Shown: positions 1 through 9,700 of the stretch, one piece after another | How the letters are laid out: each line of letters starts with the position of its first letter | How positions within the stretch are numbered: position 1 is the stretch's first letter | NCBI GenBank assembly: GCA_001275005.1 | Contig: JWZX01003357.1 | Span: 1-39,596 of the forward strand | DNA from: Chrysochromulina tobinii | Taxonomy: Eukaryota | Reading direction: 5' to 3' | DNA: 39,596 nt | The notes under the pieces: model-generated | What the model was told of the DNA's origin: nothing | The model's database searches: none | What the model saw: the letters and a program-made list of their open reading frames with translations, nothing else | Made by a program: the position numbers and the translations under genes

Positions 1-3000
1 CTGAGGCCGTACGACAAGCTGCGGTTGAGCAAGTGGCTCAGACCACGCCGCAGCACTGCTTTTGTGCGGGCGAGCTCTGCCGAGGACAGGTACCACGTCG
101 ACCAGCACCGAGACAGCTCCCGGTTGATCAGGTGCTTCAGGACCTTCAATCTCTGACGGGCCTGCGCCGCGCGGAGCTTGGCACCCTCGGTCGCGAACAA
201 CCAACCGGCGAACGCAACCGCCACGTGCCGGTTGATGACAAACCTTGCACCCTTGCGAAGCTTGCGCAGGACCTCGGCGCCCTCAACGGCCCTCTCGACC
301 CACGTTCTCCAGCCACGCGCGAGCTTGAGGTTGAGCAAGTGGCTGAGACCGCGCAGTAGAGCGTGGCGATCGCGCCCGATCTTCGCAACCTCAGCCCACG
401 AATTCCAACCGCGCACAAGCTCGCGGCTGATCAAGTAGCTCAGAGCCCGAGGCATCGGATCATCGCACGAGGCATTCGACGCGCGCCAGCCCGCGAAGCC
501 GAGCGCGAGCGCTCGGCTCATGATGAAGCTCGCGCCTTTGCGCAGCGTGCGAATCACCTCGGCACGCTCCGCGGACATCTCGACCCACGCGCCCCAGGCT
601 TGAGACAGCTCGCGGTTGAGCAGATAGCCCACGCTCTTGCGCATCGACTCGCGCCTCGCACTGAGCACAGCCCACCGCGTGTGCCAGCTCACCCAGCCGC
701 GCGCCATCTCGCGGTTGACAAAGTACAGCAGCGCCTTAGAGGTCGAGTCCTCACGAGGCGCTACCGCTGCTACCCAGCCACCGAAGCCGAGACCAAGCTT
801 CCGGTTTGCGAGCCTGCTCACCACCTTGGCCATATGCATCAGCTGCAGCGATTTCTCCCTCATCATATCAGCCCATGATCGCCACACCCTCGCCAGATGC
901 CGTGTCAGTAGCGCTCGAGCACATACCCGCGTGGCTTCCAGCCTGTCCGCACGGCCAAACGCACGCTCAGACCATGCCCGCCACGCTCGCGCGATCGACT
1001 CACTCATCAGCAACCTGACGACTCTGAGGCCCAGCTCACGTCGACGCACCAACTCGAGCCAAGCTGCCGCCCAGCTTTCAAAGCCGCGACTGGCCGCTCG
1101 GCTCATCAGGCGGCGCACCACAATCGAACACTTCGCCAAGAGATCGACGCAAGACTGTGCGCTGGCAGCGGCATCCCGCCAGCTCGAAAAGCATAGAGCC
1201 ACCTCGCGAGAATGCAGATGAACAACGCCTCTGCGCAGCAGCTGCAGCTGCCGCGAGTGATCATCCTTCTTCTCGGCCCACGCTCGCCACCCACTCCCGA
1301 GGTGCCGCAGCATCCATGCGTGAACACAAACCCTGAGCGCGTGCAGCCTTTGAGCGCGGCTGCGCGCGAACTCATCCAATGACCGCCACGCTCGGACAAT
1401 CGACTGGCTCGTGAGCGACCGAAGACATTCTCGCCCAAGCCTCAACACTCGTGAGACGGAAGCAGCCTCGACCCATCTCGTCATGCACAGAGCCAACTCG
1501 TGCGAGCGCAGGCGAGCCGCGCCCCTGCGCAGCTTCTGCAGAGACGCCGCGTGCTCAGCCGCCTTCTCGGACCACGTTCTGAGGCCGTACGACAAGCTGC
1601 GGTTGAGCAAGTGGCTCAGACCACGCCGCAGCACGGCCTTCTTGCGCGTGAGCGTCAGCGATCTCACATACCACGCCGACCAGGCTCGAGACAGCTCCCA
1701 GTGAAGTAGGCGTAGAAGAGCTTTTGACAATCTTCCTGCCTTCGTTGCAAGAAGCTTTGCATCGCTATTAGAGGACAGCCATCCGGCGAAGCTGTTCGCA
1801 AGCTTACGGTTGCTCATGAAGCTCGCGCCCTTGCATAGCTTGCGAATGACCTCGGCGCGCTCAATCATCAAGTCGGCCCACACGCCCCAGGCTCGAGACA
1901 GCTCACGGTTGAGTAGGTAGCCCACGCTCTTACGCATCGACTCGCGCTTCGCGTCGAGCTGCGAGAATGCCGCGCACCAACAAGTGAAGCCAAGAGCCAA
2001 CTTCCCCTTTGCAAGTCTGCTCACAACCTTGCGTAACAATTTCAGCTGACGTGACTGCTCACTTGCGATCTCGGCCCATATTCGCCACCCGGTCGCCAGA
2101 TGCCGTGTTACCAATGATCGAACACAACGCTGCTCTGCTTCCAGCCTGTCCGCACGGCCAAACGCACGCTCAGACCATGCCCGCCACACTCGCGCGATCG
2201 ACTCACTCATCAGCAACTTGACGACTCTGAGGCCCAGCTTACGTCGACGCACCGACTCGAGCCAAGCTGCCGCCCAGCTTTCAAAGCCGCGACTGACAGC
2301 TTGGTTCACGAGTCGACGCACAAAGATCGCAGCCCTGGAAAAGGCGTCGATGTAAGCGTGGGAACTATCAGAAGCCTCACGCCACTTCTTCACGCAGAGA
2401 GCCAACTCTCGCGACCGCAGTCTAGAAATAACCTTACGCAGCGTCTTCTTAGATGATGCACGCTCAGCCGCAATCTCGAACCACACGCAGATGGCGTGAG
2501 TCAGCTCAAGGTGGAGGAAGTACCCCAAGCTCTTATGGATTGACCTGCGCTTTGCGTCAAGCTGCGCGACCGCTGTGGACCAACCAGCAAAACCGAGCGC
2601 GAGAGTCTGGTTGGTGAGTCTGCTCCCAAACTTGCGCAGAGACTGAAGGAACACTGTGCGTTCCGCAGTCATCTCTGACCACATGCTAAAAGCGAACGAC
2701 AATTCGCGATTCGAAAAGTGGCTCAGACCCCGTCGCAGTAACGTCTTGTAAAGTACGAGCGTCCCAGACATGACGTACAAAGCCGACCAACCCCGGGAAA
2801 GCTCTCGTCTCACCCAGAGTAGCAAAGCCTTAGAAATCTGACAGGCCTGTGCCGAACGGTGCTGCACGTGCTCATTCGAAGACACCCAGAAGGCGAAAGC
2901 GAGCGCCGCACGACGATTGATCATAAAACTAATACGCTTGCGAAGCTCGCGAATGATCACAGCGCGATCCACTGCACTCTTGATCCACACGGACCAGCGA

Positions 3001-3750
3001 AAGGAAAGCACACGAAAGCGCACGTAGCCAAGGCTCTTGTACATCGACTCGCGACGCAATTCAAACTCAACCCAAATCGAAAGCCAAGCTGCCCAAGCTC
3101 GAGAGAGCTCCTGGCTCATCAGACGTGTCAGGGCTATCGACAGTTGGTCGGCTTGCGCCACAAAGCGTTGAGCTTGCTCGACCGACAAGTGCAAACCGGC
3201 GAAGCCGATCGCCAGCTGACGGTACATCATGTACCTCGTGACTTTGCGCACCGTCTGCAGGTACGCCGACCGCTCAGCCACCATCTCCGACCACGCGCCC
3301 CAGCCTGCCGACAGCCCGCGATTCATGAAGTGGTTTTGACCTTGCCGCATATCCGCCTCCGAGCGCACCATTGTTTGCCATTTTGTCCACCCGCGCGATA
3401 GCTCGCGGTTTACCAGGTGGCTGAGGACCTTGTGCATGACCTCGCGTGTCGCCTCGAACTCCGTTTGCCAACGACGCCATCTCACCCAACCGCGCGCCAT
3501 ATCGCGGTTAACAAAGTACTTTTCTATGAAGGTTGCAGCCTTACGAAGCTTGCGCATGAATTCGGCGCGTGCCGCGGATATCTGTATCCAATTCACCCAG
3601 CCACTCAATAGCTCGTAGTTGTGGTTCACCATGAAGCTCATGCTGTTGCGCATCATCTGGATGATAGCAGAGCGCTCAGCCACCATTTGGGACCAAGCGT
3701 TAAAGCCGCGCGACAGGCCGCGGCTGATCAAGTAGCTCAGAGCACGCGAC
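1..3750 (-). repeat. Coding repeat array 2: degenerate ~33-aa Sfi1-like repeats, continues off window
   Basis: Same motif family, e.g. AVLRRGLSHLLNRSLSYGL and MRKSVGYLLNRELSQAWGAWVEMSAER. Shares near-identical nucleotide blocks with array 1. Confidence 0.8.
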
Positions 3751-6700
3751 CTCGGATCTGCACGGCGAGAAGTGGGGAGTGAGCGTTGCGCTGCGTAGCA
3801 GGGTTCGGGCTGCTTTTTGGGCATCGAGTCCGCTCCTTCGCGGAGCAGCTCAGGTGCCTCATTCTCTTCCACTGCCATCGAGGCGGCACTCGTTTCGGGG
3901 CCGCTTTGAGAACGCTCAGCAGATGATGCCTGGGCCGCCGCCGTCGCCGCCATCGCCTGTTGCTGCAGCGCGCGGGCGAAGACTTCGAGTTCGGCAGCGA
4001 GCGCGGTGCGTTCCACTTGCGCGGCGCTCGCGACGGCAGCGCCAGCCTGTGCCACGGCGGCGGCTAAGGACTCCTCACGTGCCGCCGCGACCGCCACCTG
4101 CAGCTGACGCGCTGATGCGTCCGCCGCGACCTCTTTTGCGCGAACAGTTTGGACGAGCGTTTCGATACGCTCCTCGAGGGTCCGCACCTTACCGCGCATC
4201 CGACTTAGCTGATCCTCGCTCGTGCGTCGGATGGCGCTTGTCTCCTCGTCTGCGCCGCGCCGTATGGCACTGGTCTCCTCGTCCGCAACGCGGCGTGCGA
4301 TGCTGAGCTCCTGGCGTGCCGCATGCAACTCCTCATCAGCCACGCGCCGCGCGCCCGCCATCTCATTCTCAAGCGCTCGCATCGTCTCGAGAAGCGTCTC
4401 GAGGGAGCACTGGGCGGCGACCGCCTTGGAGGCGGCAAGGGACTGGTCGCGTCGCCAGCTGCGCAGGCTCCAGATGGTGATCAGTGCAGCGATGGCGAGC
4501 AGGGTGCTCGTGACAACCAAAAGCGCGCGGTCACGGAGCTGCCTGGCCGCCAGCTCGGACGGCACTACCTCGTCCAACGCCTGCTCCAACACCGCCCGTT
4601 CCGCCTCCGCCTTATCGGCCGCCGCCCTTTCTGCCGCCGTAGCCCTCTCGGCTACCGCCTTTTCTGCCACTGCCCTCTCGGCAGCTTTGGTGGCCTCCGC
4701 CAGTGACAGGCGCAACACCACCAAGCTCGCCTCGCTTGCCTCCAGCTTCTGCCGCTGCGTCTCCAGTGCCGTTGCGGCCTTCGCCGCGGCTTCCACCTTG
4801 GCTTCCTCGACAGCGACTTGGACGGCGGATTGGACGGCGCGTTGATGGTCACCGAGGGCCTGCTCGCGCGTTGCAGCCACCGCCGCCGCCACCGCCGCCG
4901 CTTGCGCGACAGCAGCCTCTGCCACTGCTGCTGCCACCGCCGTCGCCTGCGCTTCAGCCCACCTGGCAGCGACGGCTGCGTCCTCCTCGGCTGCGGCGGC
5001 GGCAGCCACCTGGCTTGCCCTGACTGTTGCCGCCGCCACAGCTGCCTCTAACTCGGCCCTCGCTGCCTGCTGCGCCTCCACCACAGCCACCTCGAGCTTC
5101 GCATCTGCCGCTGCCTCAGCGGCCTTGAGCTTCGCAGCCGCTTCTGCCTCAGTGGCCTCAAGCTTCGCAGCCGCTGCTGCTTCAGCGGCCTCAAACTTCG
5201 CAGCCGCTGCTGCCTCAGCCGACGCAAGGCGCTCTGAGAGATTGCGTACAGCCGCCTGCGCCGCATCGAGCCGCTCGCGCGCGACGGCTGAGGCATCCTT
5301 ATGTGCGGCCTCAGCCTCATGGGCGGCCCCGAGCTGGGCGCGCACGTCGGCGAGCTCGCTGATGTGAGCCGCCGAGGCGGCGTCATGGGCTGCCAGCGTG
5401 GCCGCTGCGGTCGCGGCCGTCGTGGCCTCGGCGAGGCCCAAAGCCGACCGTGCGCTAGGCAAGCTATTGGCAACTGAAATGGGGAGGCTCATGTAGCCAA
5501 GCGGCGGCAGAGAAGTCGGCAGGTCTTGTTTAGCGTGTCTTGGAATAAGGGCGAGGGTCACCGCAACGAGCATGAGCATGAGCGCGAAGACGGCGCCCAA
5601 AGTGGTGCGTACGGATACATGCTCGAATGCAGAGCCAACGCCCTCCTGAAGGAGGAGCCGCCGGGCTGGCAATGGCGATGGCGATTGCAGCAGTGGTGAC
5701 GGTGAGAAGGGCAGTGGCGACGGCGAGAATGGCACTGGGCTCCCTGCAGAGGAAGTCTGCTCTAAAACGTTCTGCGCTTCGTGCAGCCACTGGGGCTCCT
5801 CGTCATCAATTCGCATCGTCGCGAGATCAGCCGTTGTATGGCGCCAGGAAGTCAAGCAACGAGCTAATCGACGATGCTCGAAGTGCAGCAGGGCCCGAGA
5901 CATGATACCAAGGCCTTCAGTCAGGCGCGCCGCCCGAGCAGCAGCAGCCTGGACCCACGTGACAAATCTGAACGAACGCTTATGGTTACGCAAGTAAACC
6001 AGGCTCTTAAGCATCAAAGCACTCTGCACCTTGAAATGACCGGAGGCGGCCAACCAACAAGCGAACCCTAGAAGAAGCTTATGGTTGGCGAGCCTGATCA
6101 AAGCCCTGCGCAGCGTCTGTAGGTAAGCCGACCGCCCAGCCGCCATCTCCGACCACGCGCCCCAGCCTACCGACAGCCCGCGATTGAGCATGTGGCTCAG
6201 ACCGCGCCGTATCACTGCCTTGTTGCGCGCGAGGGTCGCTGATGCCGAGTGCCACGCCGACCAGGCGCGAGAGAGCTCCTGGCTCATCAGACGTGTCAGG
6301 GCTATCGACAGCTGGCCGGCTTGCGCCACAAAGCGTTGAGCTTGCTCGACCGACAAGTGCCATGCGGCGAAGCCGATGGCAAGCTGACGGTACCTCATGA
6401 AGCTCGCCTTACGCAGCGCTTGCTCGAGGCAAGCGCGCCACCAGTAATTGTCATCTCGCTGGATCTGCCAACGGTTCCAGCCGTGCTTCATCTTTTGGCC
6501 GCGAAGGTAGCCGAGGCTCTTGCGCATCGACTCGCGCTGAGCTCTGCACAAAGCCCACTGCTTGATCCATGTTATCCAGCCACGCGACAGCCCGCAGTTG
6601 AACAAAAAGCGCAGGCTTTTCCGCATGAACTCGCGCATTGCCCCACAGACAGACGAGCGCGTTTGCCATTTTGTCCACCCGCGCGATAGCTCGCGGTTTA

Positions 6701-9700
6701 CGAGGTGGCTCAGGACCTTGTGCATGAACTCGCGCGTCGCCTCGATCTCCGCTTGCCAACGGCGCCATCTCACCCAACCGCGCACCATATCGCGGTTTAC
6801 GAAGTACACCTCTATGAAGGTTGCAGCTTTTCGAAGCTTGCGCATGAATTCGGCGCGAGCCGCGGACAATTGTACCCAAGCCAACCAACCACTCAAAAGC
6901 TCGTAGTTGTGGTTCACCATGAAGCTCATGCTCTTGCGCAACAGCTGGATAATCGCTGTGCAATCAGCCGCCATCTCCACCCACGCGCAGAAACCGCGCG
7001 ACAGGCTGTGGTTGAGCAGATGGCTCAGGCTCCTGCGGATTGATCTGCGCATCGCCGTGATCTTTTTCCAGTTCTTGTGCCATGTACGCAGACCCCTCAG
7101 CCTGATCAGCGCTGAAACGGAGACAGCTGTCGATCGCTGCCGCATCGTGATATTGACCCAGGTATCCAAAGCGCTGCGCATCGCGCGGCCCTCAGGCTGC
7201 AGCGAGCTCAGAGCGCCGGCCAGCACGCGCGACGCCTCCGCGTGCTCCTCAGCATACGACATCCACGTGTTCAGGCTCGCACGCATGCTCGACTGCAGCA
7301 TCGACGCCGCCGCGCGCCGCATGGCAGCGTCGCGCTCACTTTCGCTGCACACATGCTCGTGCCACGTGCCGAACGCACCTCGTGTTTCGCTCATGCGGAG
7401 AGCAGCTGTGGCGCAGCGCACAGACTGCAGCGCCTCCTTGGCAAACTCGCTCCAGCTCTTGATCGCCTTACGCATGCTGCGCTTCGCAGGAGACAGCGAG
7501 CTTAGAGTTGAGCGCAGTTGCTGCTTCGTCACAGAGACCTCCGTCGCGGACACCCACGACGCGAAGCCGGCGCGCTGAAGACGCAGCGACATACAGTTGA
7601 CGGCCGACGCCATCACCTGCCGATCGTGCAGCAGGCCCAGCCAGCCGTTCCACGCCTTGCGCATACCGTCGCCGCGGAACGCCGACGCAGCTGAGAGCAG
7701 CGCCTGCTGGTTACGCTGGCGAGCCTCTGACATCGCGACCCACGTGTTCATCGCCGCCCGCAAGCTCTGAAGCGACATGCTCTTGATCGCTCGCCGCAGC
7801 GGCTCCTCGACTTCTACCTGATACCTCTGATTGAGCGCCACGTAAGCATACCACACAGTCCATCCCGAGGCGACTGACCGGTTGCTCAAGTACTGCTTCG
7901 AGATCCTCAAGTACGACTTCGAGATCTGGTCGCCGCGAGGTGCGAGCGCTTCACGCCACACAGCGAAGCCGAGCGCAAGCCTTCGGTTGGTCATCACGAT
8001 CAGCCCCTCGCGCAGCTTCTGCACGAGCTCCTGCAGCTCAATCGCCGCCTTGGACCACGCGCCGAGGCCCCGCGACAAGCTACGGCTGAGCACGTGCCCG
8101 AGGCTCTTGCGCGTCATCTCGCAATTTTCCTTGACTGCCTTCCACACGGATCGCCACCGAGCCCATCCACGTGCCAGCCCGCGGAAGTCATGGGCTTGTG
8201 TCTGCCACCATTTGCGCCTATAAGGGATGGTCCTCAACGGCGAGAGCTGTTCCGGGGTTCGAACAGCTGAGAGCGAGCGCTGCGCCGCGAATTGGAGCGC
8301 AGCTTGCTTGTTGAGCACAAAACTGACACCCTTGTTGAGCAGCTGCAAGAATTCCGCATGCTCAGCCGCCCTCTCCTTCCAAGCGCAAAAGCTGAATGAC
8401 AGCTTGCAAAGGGACATGTGGCCCATGCTCGAAAGCATCCTCGCAAGAGTTGCGACCCGATCGGCCCATTTCTCATGCCAGGCGGTCCAGCCGCGCCACG
8501 CGAGCAGTCGGGGCACGTACTCATTCTTGAAGAAAAGCACGGCAGCAGACATGTCTCGAGGGGCGCGAGCCTGGACCCACGAGATGAACCCGAACGCAAG
8601 CTTGCGCTTGAGCCTGATGCGCAGGCCCTCGCGTAGCAGCTGCAGGAACGCCGACCGCTCCACAGCCATCTCGGACCACGCGCCAAAGCCGCGTGAGAAG
8701 CTGCGGCTGAGAAGGTGCTCCAGGCTCTTGCGCATCGCACCGCGCTTGGCCATAAGCTCCTCGCGATTCCACAACCACGCAGTCAAGCCCCTGGCGACTA
8801 AGCGGTTGCTGAGGTACGGCAGCACCTTCGACATGGGGTCGCCGCGCGGCGCGAGCGCTGCACGCCAACCACCGAAGCCGAGCGCAAGCCTTCGGTTGGT
8901 CATCACAATCAGCCCCTCGCGCAGCTTCTGCACGAGCTCCTGCAGCTCGATCGCCGCCTTGGACCACGCGCCGAGGCCCCGCGACAAGCTACGGCTGAGC
9001 ACGTGCCTGTGGCTCTTGCGCGTCATCTCGCAATTCTCCTTGACTGCCTTCCACACGGATCGCCACTGAGCCCATCCACGTGCAAGCTCAAAGTTAATGA
9101 AGATGAGCTCGCGATTCGCCTCGGCTGCTTCCCACGTTGACAACCACTCAGCCCACCCGCGTACCAGGCTGCGCTTCATGGAGTATCTCAGAGCACGAAC
9201 CATCGGCTCGAGCACAACCAACCATCTGCGCCAGGCCACCCAGCCGCGAGCCAACTTGCGGTTGACGAAGTACATCTCCTTGAGTCGTGCACCAAGGCTC
9301 GCCCTGCGAAGCTTGCGCATAAGATTGTTGCGATCCTCGCGCATCTTGACCCACGCGACCCAGCTACGCGATAGCTCGCGGCGCACAGCCACCATCTGCA
9401 TCCACACGCCGAAGCCGCACGACAGGCTGCGGCTGAGCAGGTGGTTCATGCTCAAAAGCATCCTCGCAAGAGCTGCGGCCCGATCGGCCCATGTCTCATG
9501 CCAGGCGGTCCAGCCGCGCCACGTGAGCAGTCGGGGCACGTACTCATTCTTGAAGAAAAGCACGGCAGCAGACATGTCTCGAGGGGCGCGAGCCTGGACC
9601 CACGAGACGAACCCGAACGCAAGCTTGCGCTTGAGCCTGATGCGCAGGCCCTCGCGTAGCAGCTGCAGGAACGCCGACCGCTCCACAGCCATCTCGGACC

